Virus record (IMG/VR): IMGVR_UViG_3300027805_000006 | Direction: 5' to 3' (one strand) | Length of the DNA: 64,000 nt | Source of the DNA: a virus | Lineage: Duplodnaviria; Caudoviricetes | Shown: positions 29,000 to 37,798 of the stretch, one piece after another | Layout of the letters: each line of letters begins with the position of its first letter | How positions within the stretch are numbered: the first letter of the stretch is position 1 | Notes under the pieces: model-generated | The model's database searches: none | Told to the model about the DNA's origin: nothing | The model's input: the letters and a program-made list of their open reading frames with translations, nothing else | Made by a program: the position numbers and the translations under genes

Positions 29000-29008
29000 A
29001 TTATACCA
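29000..29008 (-). promoter_or_regulatory. Extended -10 sigma70-type promoter (TGGTATAAT)
   Basis: Consensus TGn-TATAAT, with an inverted repeat AACCTTG-taa-CAAGGTT upstream at 29040-29056. Confidence 0.65.
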
Positions 29009-29054
29009 CAGTTTTGGCAGTTTGTTATTACTTTTTTGTAACCTTGTAACAAGG

Positions 29055-29594
29055 TTATTTGGTGATCTTCCTAAGGGTGATGTATGTTGTCTCTACATCA
29101 CCATCCCATTGCGTAGAATGGGTTTCTACGTCCCAAAGAATTTCTTGCTTTCTTTGAGAGATTATAAATCTTTTCCACTCGTAGATATTTGTCTTGATTT
29201 TAACCTCAGCCTCACTTGATGAGGCTATAAGTGTCATATGAATTTCATCTACTAGATTTTTTTCTAGTGCTTCATCATAGACAGATGCTCCGCCCGCCAC
29301 CCAAATATGTTTCTGCTTTTTCCCAACATATTTTTCAAGAACGTCAATTGAGGAAACATACTTGACGCTTTTATGCAAAACCGGAGTTTTTGATAAGACG
29401 ATATTCTTGCGATTTGGAAGACCATTTGGTCGCTTAAGGCTCCTAAATGTAGTATTTCCCATAAGAACCGTGTCACCTATGGTGAGAGCCCTAAATCTCA
29501 TTAGATCATTTTTCAGGTTTGGATATGCTAACCTACCATCAGACCAACCAATGGTACCTACACCATCTACTGCTAGAATGAGTTTTACGGCCAT
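29055..29594 (-). CDS. folA: Dihydrofolate reductase
   Basis: LILAVD...IG...D..RFRALT.G..VLMG.TTF.SL...LPNRKNIVLS...WVAGGASVY. Confidence 0.9.
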   Translation of the reverse strand: MAVKLILAVDGVGTIGWSDGRLAYPNLKNDLMRFRALTIGDTVLMGNTTFRSLKRPNGLPNRKNIVLSKTPVLHKSVKYVSSIDVLEKYVGKKQKHIWVAGGASVYDEALEKNLVDEIHMTLIASSSEAEVKIKTNIYEWKRFIISQRKQEILWDVETHSTQWDGDVETTYITLRKITK

Positions 29595-31210
29595 TAGAAC
29601 TTCTTGCCAAACTGGGAGATAATCTGTGGCGCAGCGCTGTCAAATCCAGCAATGTCCAACTGTAGAGGATCATTTGGGTCAGAGACCGAAACATCTGTCA
29701 CAGACGTGGCAATAATAACTTGACGTGTCTTGGGTGTGTCCATCTTGCGGCGATACTGCTTGAGCGCATCTGTTGCGTGGATTTGACCTGCCCACGTTTC
29801 ATTGTCGGTGATGCTCACGAAGGTATCCACCTTCATGCGATTTTCAAGCGCGTGGGTTGCTGGTAGAGAAAGATCGGTGCCGCCCCAGTTAAACTTCTGC
29901 ATCTTCTTCAACACGGCATCTAGGCGCATGTTGGGGCTAATGTGCAATTCTGACATTTTGGTGTTGAAGCCACCAATCCAGTAGTTAGAATGATTTTTTA
30001 CCACAGCAAGAGCCATCACAGCCGCTACTTCAGCCGCTGAAAGATTAGGAGAGCCATTTACTTTTACGCCAAACATTGAGGCAGAGCAATCAACGCCTAG
30101 GAGATAGGCTTCATCGCTCTTCTCACCCTGCTCAAAGGCCGCATAAAATGCATCGTCGAGCGCATCAACAATTCGCTGATTTGGCTTCCACTTTGCCTTG
30201 CTCTTTTCACCTTGACCGGCTGAATACTGCCTAATCGCTTGAAGGAGCGTCAGTGGATGCACGCGCTGGTCACGAAGCGCATGTGTATTTGACAGTTTGC
30301 TGATTATCAAGTTGGAGCCTTCAGACAGTGGCGTCAGCACCCCATGAGAGGTCAGAATACCCAACTTGCGAATTACGGCAGTGAGACCCATATTGACAAG
30401 TAGCGCTGAGAGCACGTCCTTATCTGTCATCCACTTAGTGGGCACCATTTCCCAAGTAATATCCTTGTTGTCTGAAATGATGCGAAGCACTTCCTCACGC
30501 GAAGAGGAGGTCTTCAGTGTCTCAAAGTCCTGAACGAGTTTTGGCAGCGCTTCGAGATTTGACTTCTTTCCAACTGCATATCCAAGTAAAGCCTCCTGCT
30601 CGGGAGATGTTGGCTTGGTATGTGAAAGACGTAGCACGTCTCGGTGTGCCCACCCGTTTCGTGACTTGTACTTTAGCAGTTGAACAGCAAGGCGTTGAAT
30701 GTCCTTGTCGTTATACCACTTAGCAATGCCCCTCTTTGCTGCAGCATTCCACTTGCCAAGAGCGTCAAGAATGGAGACAAACAGGAATAGCCAAGTGCCG
30801 GTGCGTGCAACCTTTGGGAGGGCATCATAGGCGGCTTCAATTGTCGCCGCGTTTCCATAAACCGCGGCTAGCGCGATGGCAACAACTGAGGTGTCGTTCT
30901 TGGGAGACCTGCCAGTAAGAGAATACTCCAGCGCATGGCGCACTACTCGCACACCATCTTCGGCAATGCACGCCTTGATGGTATCAAAGCCCTGCTTAGT
31001 AATATCCTGCTGCGATGCATAGTAGGATGATTGCTCGCTGCCAATCAGGAGGAAGCGGTCAAGGACGCTCCACTTATCCAACTTGAAGGCAAAACCCCCA
31101 GCGTTGTTAAGTTTCATTTCACTCTCGCGGCCAGGGATGGGCTCAGCCTGCGTGGGGAGAGTGCTTGAAGGAGATGATGAGCGGGCGTATTGCGAGTAGA
31201 TGCTTGACAT
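29594..31210 (-). CDS. rsr: Ro60 / TROVE-domain RNA-binding protein (Rsr)
   Basis: NNAGGFAF...LDRFLLIGSE..SYY, SRNGWAHRDVLRLSH, MGLTAVIRKLG, vWA DCSASM, NWGGTD, TDNETW, AGFDSAAP. Confidence 0.95.
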   Translation of the reverse strand: MSSIYSQYARSSSPSSTLPTQAEPIPGRESEMKLNNAGGFAFKLDKWSVLDRFLLIGSEQSSYYASQQDITKQGFDTIKACIAEDGVRVVRHALEYSLTGRSPKNDTSVVAIALAAVYGNAATIEAAYDALPKVARTGTWLFLFVSILDALGKWNAAAKRGIAKWYNDKDIQRLAVQLLKYKSRNGWAHRDVLRLSHTKPTSPEQEALLGYAVGKKSNLEALPKLVQDFETLKTSSSREEVLRIISDNKDITWEMVPTKWMTDKDVLSALLVNMGLTAVIRKLGILTSHGVLTPLSEGSNLIISKLSNTHALRDQRVHPLTLLQAIRQYSAGQGEKSKAKWKPNQRIVDALDDAFYAAFEQGEKSDEAYLLGVDCSASMFGVKVNGSPNLSAAEVAAVMALAVVKNHSNYWIGGFNTKMSELHISPNMRLDAVLKKMQKFNWGGTDLSLPATHALENRMKVDTFVSITDNETWAGQIHATDALKQYRRKMDTPKTRQVIIATSVTDVSVSDPNDPLQLDIAGFDSAAPQIISQFGKKF

Positions 31211-31244
31211 ACAATCTCCTTTTTAAAACTATCAAAACGACAAA

Positions 31245-31636
31245 AACTAAGTTGGAAGTTCAGTGAATAAAACAATAAGTCCTAATCACCTACACCCATT
31301 TATTTCGTAATAGGTAACTCACGGATATTACGTTATCCGACCGTCCATTTAATTCTCAGTTAAATGAAAAACCTATCCATTTTTTGGATAATGGCATCCT
31401 CTAATTTCCAGACTTATCTTTCAACTCGCGTGGATTGATTAGAATTTCTATCACCATCATCGTTATGATAACCAACTTTAACGGTCGTTTTGAAATAACT
31501 AGTAATCTGAAACAAAACAGGTATGGGTGTAAGGAATTAGCCAGTCCTTAACTTCTGCTTTCAGACTGCTATGCAGTCAGGCTATCCATTATATGATAAC
31601 CATATCCTCACGGTTTCAGATGTTTTCAACTTTGAT
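31245..31636 (-). ncRNA. Candidate structured non-coding RNA(s) upstream of Ro60, possibly Y-RNA-like
   Basis: About 480 nt with no ORF in the track, with its own promoter. Helices at 31505-13/31613-21 and 31519-26/31600-08 (bulged). An 11-nt direct repeat TGGTTATCATA occurs twice. Y RNA genes are known to flank ro60 genes. Confidence 0.55.
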
Positions 31637-31642
31637 GAAGCA

Positions 31643-31671
31643 ATTCTACTATAGAAACAAACTACTGTAAA
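31643..31671 (-). promoter_or_regulatory. Strong sigma70-type promoter TTTACA-17-TAGAAT
   Basis: -35 at 31671-31666 and -10 at 31648-31643 with exact 17-nt spacing; predicted start near 31636. Confidence 0.8.
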
Positions 31672-31693
31672 ACTGTTTATTCAGGTTGAAGTT

Positions 31694-32317
31694 TTATTCT
31701 TTCTTCTTAGTTAATCTAGCAAGAAGGGCAGCCTTGAATTTTGGTGCCTGCACCTTGTAAATTCCGTCAAAGGCTCTCGTGTAGTTTGACACAAGCCTAT
31801 CAACCGGAGAAAGGTCTGCTCGCGTTTTTGCAGTTGCTGGCTCTGCTGACTTTAATCTTCCGGTGTATGGTGCCTTTCCCCCAGTGCTGTAGGAAGTGAT
31901 GCTTGTAATTCTTCCACTCAGTAAAACACGGCGCCATACTGCTTGACCCTGCTCATCTCCAAGTAGAGAGCCTTTCTTGCCCGTAAAGAGAAATGTGCCA
32001 TTTTTCTCTTCACGCTTAGTTGTTTTCTCAACAAATCCAATCTTCAAGAGTTTGGCATATTCTTCGCTTTCGCGCGCCTTCTTCATCGCAGGTGCAAGAT
32101 CTTCAGTTGTTGCACCAATTTCTTCCAACCAATCTCCAGCGATACCAGTTATAATGCCCTGGCGGTTATAAATTCTATGGCCACCAGTGTCTGTCCATGC
32201 GCTGGCTCTTTGTGAACCATACGATGGTTCAGCATACCCACGCCGATTAGGTATCTTTTTTCCCTGAGCATCTTTTTTAGATGTGTAAAGTTCTAGTAGA
32301 AGTTCAGCAGCTTTCAT
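31694..32317 (-). CDS. Hypothetical basic protein, possible internal head protein
   Basis: 207-aa ORF with N-terminus MKAAELLLE. Confidence 0.7.
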   Translation of the reverse strand: MKAAELLLELYTSKKDAQGKKIPNRRGYAEPSYGSQRASAWTDTGGHRIYNRQGIITGIAGDWLEEIGATTEDLAPAMKKARESEEYAKLLKIGFVEKTTKREEKNGTFLFTGKKGSLLGDEQGQAVWRRVLLSGRITSITSYSTGGKAPYTGRLKSAEPATAKTRADLSPVDRLVSNYTRAFDGIYKVQAPKFKAALLARLTKKKE

Positions 32318-32387
32318 GTTATTTCCGGTCTGACCGGTCTGAATTAATTATAACTGTAGCCTGTCTATCAATTTCAGGTGCCTGACC

Positions 32388-32723
32388 TTACGCCACACGG
32401 GGCTTAGGATCGCGTGGGCTAGGTGCACTGATATATTTTGATTTCCTGTCGAGAGGAACTGCTTTACCTGTAATGTCTCTAGTTGCGTGACCTGCGATTG
32501 CCTTTATTTTTCCTTGTTGAGCTAATTTTGATGCCGTACTTGCTAGTTCGGGGAATGTGATTGTGTCTACAACAAGTATTGCAACACCGTCACCTACCAT
32601 TTCTACTTCGGCACCATCTTCATTTGATAACTCGTCGATTAAGTCTTGCCCTTTAACTCGATATGTATTAAGTCTAGTATGCACACCTTCCGCCACACCT
32701 TGCATTAGTTCAAATATCTTCAT
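32388..32723 (-). CDS. Hypothetical protein (start revised to MKIFELMQGVAE)
   Basis: TAAATA at 32763-68 and AAAGGAAAG SD before the ATG at 32723. Confidence 0.65.
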   Translation of the reverse strand: MKIFELMQGVAEGVHTRLNTYRVKGQDLIDELSNEDGAEVEMVGDGVAILVVDTITFPELASTASKLAQQGKIKAIAGHATRDITGKAVPLDRKSKYISAPSPRDPKPRVA

Positions 32724-32795
32724 TTTGTTTCTTTCCTTTCTCACAAGACAGTTTAGTAAAGATATTTATTGTTTGCTGACTATTTTTGGTGATTT

Positions 32796-33368
32796 TTACT
32801 GCTTCGGGCGTGAATAAACGCACTGATTAAACAGCGTGCAGTACTTTCCTTCAATTTCAGGAACTACAAAATTACCGGCTTTATCCTGCTCAGCAATTTG
32901 TTCAAATAAGTATTTTTCTGGTTTTCCAGAAATCGGGTCGTCAATTTCAATCCATTCAAAAATATCCTTGCCTCTGTAAGCACCTACCTTTTGCTCCGAC
33001 GTTGACAAAATAACTGAAATGTTTAACCCCGCCTTTTCTATGAGAGCATCTAGGTCTTTTCCTGGCACAATATCACCTTCCTCAACTTTCTTGGTAATTT
33101 CTTGAAACGCTGCTAGTCGGTCTTTTGCGCTTTCAAGATTTACTAATTCTTCTGGAACGGTAAGAGCCAAGTAAAATCCGGTAAAAACGAGTATAAGTTG
33201 GTAGGAAAAAATCCAGAAGAATGGCAGTGCAATAATCCAAAAACCACCTAGATATGTGAAAACAAAAACAGAAATAAAAAAGTTTAGCACTAACCACAGC
33301 CACTGTGCCTTAGTTATTGCTCTCTCAACTATTTGTTCAATGTTCATTTGTTTGTTAGATGTTTCCAT
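32796..33368 (-). CDS. Hypothetical membrane protein
   Basis: Two N-terminal hydrophobic segments and an acidic C-terminal domain. Confidence 0.7.
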   Translation of the reverse strand: METSNKQMNIEQIVERAITKAQWLWLVLNFFISVFVFTYLGGFWIIALPFFWIFSYQLILVFTGFYLALTVPEELVNLESAKDRLAAFQEITKKVEEGDIVPGKDLDALIEKAGLNISVILSTSEQKVGAYRGKDIFEWIEIDDPISGKPEKYLFEQIAEQDKAGNFVVPEIEGKYCTLFNQCVYSRPKQ

Positions 33369-33403
33369 CTATAGGTTTCCATTAAGTTAATTTTATCACA
33401 CAT

Positions 33404-33982
33404 TCATTCAAAGTGTTTTAAAACACGTGAATGCTCAGGCAGATATGCCTTTAAGAACTGCATCTGGCAGGTCAAGATATTACGGTTTTCCAAAATTAGG
33501 GCTTCTGCTCTATTAGGGGTATATGGTAGATATAACAGTTCCATATCACAATCTTCAAGAAGATTATCATCCTTCTTTCGATTGCACTTGCCACAGGCAG
33601 TAACCACATTCATCCATTTATCTGCGCCACCTTTTGACCGAGGTATGATGTGGTCTCTCGTCAATTTCAAATCCTTGAAGATTTTTCCACAGTAGGCACA
33701 CATAAAATGATCGCGCCTGAATAATTCTTTATTGGTAAGCGCTGGGACAGAATTCATTCTTCTGATTGCTGCTGCTTCGGTCCTCTTTACTGCTATGATT
33801 GGAGCACTGTAAATTTTAGATTGCAGTCCAGTAATCTTGTTAATGCCGCCTCGATAAACAATCTTTTCTTTATCATCCTCTAGTTGCCAAGCAACTAACT
33901 TCTTAGCGTGATAAACGATTGCATCATCTTTTGAAATCCATCGATGTGGAGTTCCTTGATAATCAAGTGCTAGCACCCTCAT
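33404..33982 (-). CDS. HNH endonuclease family protein
   Basis: LFRRDHFMCAYCG...TRDHIIPRSKGG...W.NVVTACGKCNRKKD. Confidence 0.9.
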   Translation of the reverse strand: MRVLALDYQGTPHRWISKDDAIVYHAKKLVAWQLEDDKEKIVYRGGINKITGLQSKIYSAPIIAVKRTEAAAIRRMNSVPALTNKELFRRDHFMCAYCGKIFKDLKLTRDHIIPRSKGGADKWMNVVTACGKCNRKKDDNLLEDCDMELLYLPYTPNRAEALILENRNILTCQMQFLKAYLPEHSRVLKHFE

Positions 33983-34434
33983 TTCATATCCTTTACAATC
34001 TCTTCAAGTCTCTGAACAAATTTGACGTGGTCCCTCCTTCCATCTTCTTTAAATTGGTCAAGGGTCATCCATACGACATATTCAGTTTCTTCACACCACT
34101 TATCAAAGTCATAGCGATCCTGAATTTCAACACCAAATACTGCTAGGTTATATGCGCAAGAGTAAAGTTCTACTCTGCCGGCAAAGATGTGATGATATTC
34201 ACCCCTTGCATTTCTTTGCTTATATCCTAGTTCTTCTTCGGCTTCTCTAATTGCACATTGCAGTGCATCTTCATTTTCCTCAATCTTTCCCTTTGAAATC
34301 ATTGGACGTGGTCCGCCAAATTTGGGGTCAGATGAAATCATCATCATATACTGTATGATACCGTCTTCATTCCTAAGGAATGGTATCAGCCCAGAACGGG
34401 GACTTTTTTCGTAACCTTCTTCGCTTCTATGCAT
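33979..34434 (-). CDS. NUDIX hydrolase
   Basis: Nudix box KGKIEENEDALQCAIREAEEELG. Confidence 0.85.
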   Translation of the reverse strand: MHRSEEGYEKSPRSGLIPFLRNEDGIIQYMMMISSDPKFGGPRPMISKGKIEENEDALQCAIREAEEELGYKQRNARGEYHHIFAGRVELYSCAYNLAVFGVEIQDRYDFDKWCEETEYVVWMTLDQFKEDGRRDHVKFVQRLEEIVKDMK

Positions 34435-34456
34435 AGTGGGAGTTTGTAAGATATAC

Positions 34457-34480
34457 GAGAAGGGGATTAATCCCCCTCTC
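34457..34480 (-). terminator. GC-rich hairpin GAGAGGGGGA-TTAA-TCCCCTTCTC (terminator or processing site)
   Basis: 10-bp stem with one G-U pair on the minus strand and no U-tract. Confidence 0.4.
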
Positions 34481-34511
34481 TGATTTTAAAAATTATTGTT
34501 AGAAATATGAA

Positions 34512-34655
34512 TTATTTCTCTGGAAATTCAAGTACGAGCCTGTATATTAACAGGTCAATTACTATACAGGAATGTTCTACTCCGTTATCTTCATGTTTCT
34601 GGACATATTCTATTCCAAGCGCTGCGCCTGTTATAAAACACCCAGATATAATCAT
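34512..34655 (-). CDS. Small hypothetical protein (47 aa, MIISGCFITGAALGIEYV...)
   Basis: Read by hand; in the same strand run as its neighbours. Confidence 0.55.
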   Translation of the reverse strand: MIISGCFITGAALGIEYVQKHEDNGVEHSCIVIDLLIYRLVLEFPEK

Positions 34656-34658
34656 AAC

Positions 34659-34763
34659 TTACTTCTTAAACCAAGCCAAAACAATAGGCTTGAACTTATT
34701 GTAAAGCATCATCCAAAATGGAGCGAATGCTGTTCCAATTGCAATTCCGATAATAAAATCCAT
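34659..34763 (-). CDS. Small single-TM protein (34 aa, MDFIIGIAIGTAFAPFWMMLYNKFKPIVLAWFKK)
   Basis: Read by hand; GGAGG SD 4 nt before the ATG. Confidence 0.65.
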   Translation of the reverse strand: MDFIIGIAIGTAFAPFWMMLYNKFKPIVLAWFKK

Positions 34764-34807
34764 ATTTCCTCCGTAAAAAGCAACGACCTTTGCTGCCTTA
34801 GCAATAT

Positions 34808-35896
34808 TTATTGATTACCGCGCGTATTTTTAAAAACAAAAGAGTATGCCGCTGTCTTCTTCAATTCACCATATGGAATATCAGATGGCTTCAAAATTCC
34901 TTTGTTTAGTTTTCCTTCAAGCAGCAACTCAATCACTGCAACTCCAGTACCAGAAGTTGTAAGTTCAAGAGCAGTCAAACCTAGTTCTTCTTCGGGCAGG
35001 AAGTGAATACCTGCAGAAGCCATTTTTCCATTGACATCTTTTGCTACTGCTGCTAGCACCACAGTGTCGTCACGGGTGGTAGGAAATTTTTTCTTTGCGT
35101 CCTCAACTGCTTCTTCAAAAGAAAAGTTTTCGTTATTCAAAAAATTCTTTAGCAGCGGTTTGATGGTATTTTCTAAATGACCTTGATGACGTAGAGTTTT
35201 ATATTCCACATTAGGAATATGTGGATACGCTGCTAGGTCACCTACGCCGCCCGATGTGGTAAAGCCTTCATAGATAATTCCATCAACAAGAAGTTCTTCT
35301 CTCTCGATAAGAGGATCGACTACCTGTAGGGCGCCGTTTCTTTTTCGCTTTGCGGGTTTAATATACTCGTTAATCAGACCTTCTGGCGACCAAGTAATAG
35401 CATAGTAGTCAGGACCAAATGCCACTCTAGGAAGAGCACCTACTCGCAGGTCAAGAGAATGAGGCGTTCCGAGATTTGAGAAGAGGTCTAGACCAATATA
35501 ACTTACCAGCCCAGGTGCTAGGCCTGTCTGAGGGACAAATGTTGAAGAAACGTCAAGTGATGAAATGAATTCAGTTACTTGATTATCCTCGGTAAAATCA
35601 ACGTAATCAACTGCCCTAGACGCAGCAATCTGAGCAACGGTGGTGTTAATGTTGAATGGAGTAGAGCAAACAACTACCTTCGGGCGAACTATGTCAAAGC
35701 ACTGTTCTAGTTCTTCTTTAGAAGAGGCAACAAATGTTTTGATGTCCTTAGAGTACTGCTTGACGCTTTCAATAGCAGCGGGTAGTGTATCTACTACATA
35801 GATTTCACCAATTTTTAGGGTGTTTGCAATTTTTATAAGCGCTAAACCAACTCTACCTGCACCAACTACAAGTATCCGTGCCATAATGGGCTCCAA
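34808..35896 (-). CDS. Saccharopine dehydrogenase / lysine 6-dehydrogenase / polyamine-synthase-like oxidoreductase
   Basis: Rossmann ILVVGAGRVG, TGLAPG, LRVGALP, ITWSPEGLINEY, LEYKTLR-like segment. Confidence 0.8.
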   Translation of the reverse strand: MEPIMARILVVGAGRVGLALIKIANTLKIGEIYVVDTLPAAIESVKQYSKDIKTFVASSKEELEQCFDIVRPKVVVCSTPFNINTTVAQIAASRAVDYVDFTEDNQVTEFISSLDVSSTFVPQTGLAPGLVSYIGLDLFSNLGTPHSLDLRVGALPRVAFGPDYYAITWSPEGLINEYIKPAKRKRNGALQVVDPLIEREELLVDGIIYEGFTTSGGVGDLAAYPHIPNVEYKTLRHQGHLENTIKPLLKNFLNNENFSFEEAVEDAKKKFPTTRDDTVVLAAVAKDVNGKMASAGIHFLPEEELGLTALELTTSGTGVAVIELLLEGKLNKGILKPSDIPYGELKKTAAYSFVFKNTRGNQ

Positions 35897-35947
35897 AAGA
35901 AATTCTACATTCCTTATTTACCCGGCACAAAAATACATTTCAACAGG

Positions 35948-36184
35948 TTAGAATTTCCACGTTGTCCCAATGAAGGAAGTTTCAGCAGATTTTACTGAAA
36001 ATTCAAGCATGCATAAAGCATGCACTTCATTTAAAACTCCTACGCGTTCCTCAAAGGAATATGTTGGCAAGTCAGTTAGGTAAGAATAGCCTGCAAGGTG
36101 ACGAAGCCTATCTTCTGTCGCACCACGAACCTTGATTTTTTCAACCTCTGTCATACGATTGAAAATTTGCTGGGCTTTCTGCAT
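35948..36184 (-). CDS. Hypothetical protein
   Basis: AGGAG SD, which lies in a 7-bp hairpin ACTCCTG/CAGGAGT. Confidence 0.65.
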   Translation of the reverse strand: MQKAQQIFNRMTEVEKIKVRGATEDRLRHLAGYSYLTDLPTYSFEERVGVLNEVHALCMLEFSVKSAETSFIGTTWKF

Positions 36185-36238
36185 TTCTTACTCCTGTAAA
36201 GTTCAGGAGTTATAGTAACACATTTTACGACCTGATTT

Positions 36239-36709
36239 TTACTTTTTTAGACCTTCAAAGTAGCGTGTGCTTCCATCAGGCATTCTCTTTGCCGTTAAGA
36301 CTTGCTGTCTGTTTCCGGCAATATTGTAAGAAATATGAACCCACCCGTCATTTGGTCCCTTTTCGTGGTCGTGAAACTCCAGAATAAGTTGATCAAATTC
36401 AAGTGTTTCTGAAATCCACTGTGCAAGAACGCAGTTATCAACATCATAGATCTCGATATCAGCAGCCTGCCCATTGCAGTGCTGGCTAGTGGCAGATCCA
36501 CCCACTGCCTTATTGAGGGCTGGGCTTCTGTAGCCAGAAGATACCATCACTGGCTTCTGCCAAACGTCCTTAATTTTTTCAAGAACATTTTCACATAGGG
36601 CGATCATATTTTGCAGGTGCTCTTCAGATGGTTGATTTGAAATGCCAAGTCTAGAAGCAGTTTGACTTTTAGTCATCTCTGAAAGGTGAAAATTGCTAGA
36701 AAGCCACAT
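36239..36709 (-). CDS. Peptidase M15A Zn-dependent peptidoglycan peptidase (endolysin candidate)
   Basis: SSGYRSPALNKAVGG...SQH..GQAADI...WVHISY. Late promoter TAAATA at 36736-41. Confidence 0.9.
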   Translation of the reverse strand: MWLSSNFHLSEMTKSQTASRLGISNQPSEEHLQNMIALCENVLEKIKDVWQKPVMVSSGYRSPALNKAVGGSATSQHCNGQAADIEIYDVDNCVLAQWISETLEFDQLILEFHDHEKGPNDGWVHISYNIAGNRQQVLTAKRMPDGSTRYFEGLKK

Positions 36710-36768
36710 AGTATTCTCCTTTAAACTATTCGAGATATTTAGTGTATCTGTAAGTTTTTTAAACTTCT

Positions 36769-37026
36769 CTACTTGTACAGAGATCTAAGTTTTTCCTTTG
36801 CACCCTCAAGGCGCTTAATATCATCAGAGGATAGGTTTATCCCGGCTCGATTGATATAAAAGTTTAGCCTTGACATTGCCTGTTTAAGATCTTTACTTTC
36901 AGCCTTTAGCCCTGTTGCGATTGCAGTAGAAGACTTGGTAAAAAATCCTTCAGGTGGGTGCCATTTTTCCTTGACGGATGCGCTCCATTTTTCCTCATTA
37001 AGCGCCAGTAGTTGCTTAAGCAGCAT
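36769..37026 (-). CDS. DUF3175-like protein
   Basis: KWSASV...AMSRLNFYINRAG.NL...RLEGAKEKLR resembles DUF3175. Late promoter at 37080-85. Confidence 0.65.
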   Translation of the reverse strand: MLLKQLLALNEEKWSASVKEKWHPPEGFFTKSSTAIATGLKAESKDLKQAMSRLNFYINRAGINLSSDDIKRLEGAKEKLRSLYK

Positions 37027-37078
37027 AGTATTCTCCCTTTGTTTTTATTCTTTTAAGAAGAGTGGTTTAACCACAGAT

Positions 37079-37798
37079 CTATTTATCTGGCAACTGTCTC
37101 AGTTTTGCAAGTTTGAAAAATTGAAATACCTTAAACCACGCCCAGCCGGCGTCAAATTCCCACCACTTCCTGCTCAATTTTGGGTTTGCTGGATCTAGGT
37201 GGTGATTGTTATGCAGGCACTCTCCACCAATTAAAATGCCAAGTGGGAAAATATTTTTGCTGCTATCACCTGAACTGCCATTGGTGTATCCCCACTTATG
37301 GCCAATTCCATTGATAACGCCTGCTGCCCAGAATGGTATCCAGATCATTTGAACTGCCCACACAAGAACACCAAGAGTATCAAAAAGAACAACATCGATG
37401 AGCAGCATCAGTAAAATACCAAGGCAGTTGAACCTGGTGTAGATGTGTTGTTCTACCCAGTCATCAGGAGTTCCAACACCAAATGATTGAACAAGTCTCT
37501 TGTCTTCCGTTCCTTTTGCATACAGAAAAGCACCGCCAAACAGAACTTTCCAGATGCCAAAAACAACAGGGCTGTGGGGATCTCCAGGTTTATCGGTTGA
37601 ACTATGGTGCTTTCGGTGAATTGCTACCCATTCCTTTGTTACCATTCCTGTGGTAAGCCAAAGCCAGAAGCGCATAAAGTGAGCAAGAACTGGGTTAAAA
37701 ACAATTCCTTTGTGCGCCTGTGACCGGTGAAGGTAAAGAGTAACGCAGACTATCGTAATATGAGTTGCTATAAGAGTAAAAATAACGGCAGCAAGCAT
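37079..37798 (-). CDS. Membrane fatty acid desaturase (DesA/delta-9 type), copy 2
   Basis: His boxes LHRSQAH, IHRKHH and LHNNHH, plus DPHSP and KWWEFD. Confidence 0.9.
   Translation of the reverse strand: MLAAVIFTLIATHITIVCVTLYLHRSQAHKGIVFNPVLAHFMRFWLWLTTGMVTKEWVAIHRKHHSSTDKPGDPHSPVVFGIWKVLFGGAFLYAKGTEDKRLVQSFGVGTPDDWVEQHIYTRFNCLGILLMLLIDVVLFDTLGVLVWAVQMIWIPFWAAGVINGIGHKWGYTNGSSGDSSKNIFPLGILIGGECLHNNHHLDPANPKLSRKWWEFDAGWAWFKVFQFFKLAKLRQLPDK

Noticed and set aside
31245-31636. tRNA genes or canonical tRNA-like YrlA
   Set aside because: No GTTCRAATC T-loop or cloverleaf found here, and I noticed none elsewhere in the window; kept only as a non-canonical ncRNA candidate.
32318-32390. Stop-codon read-through extension of the 32388 ORF (frame stays open for 22 codons)
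   Set aside because: Short open stretches are expected by chance, and TAA, TAG and TGA all act as stops at well-defined gene ends, so there is no sign of recoding.
33404-33982. HNH or GIY-YIG genes as intron-encoded homing endonucleases
   Set aside because: Both are free-standing, the flanking genes are not split, and no group I intron core was recognised.
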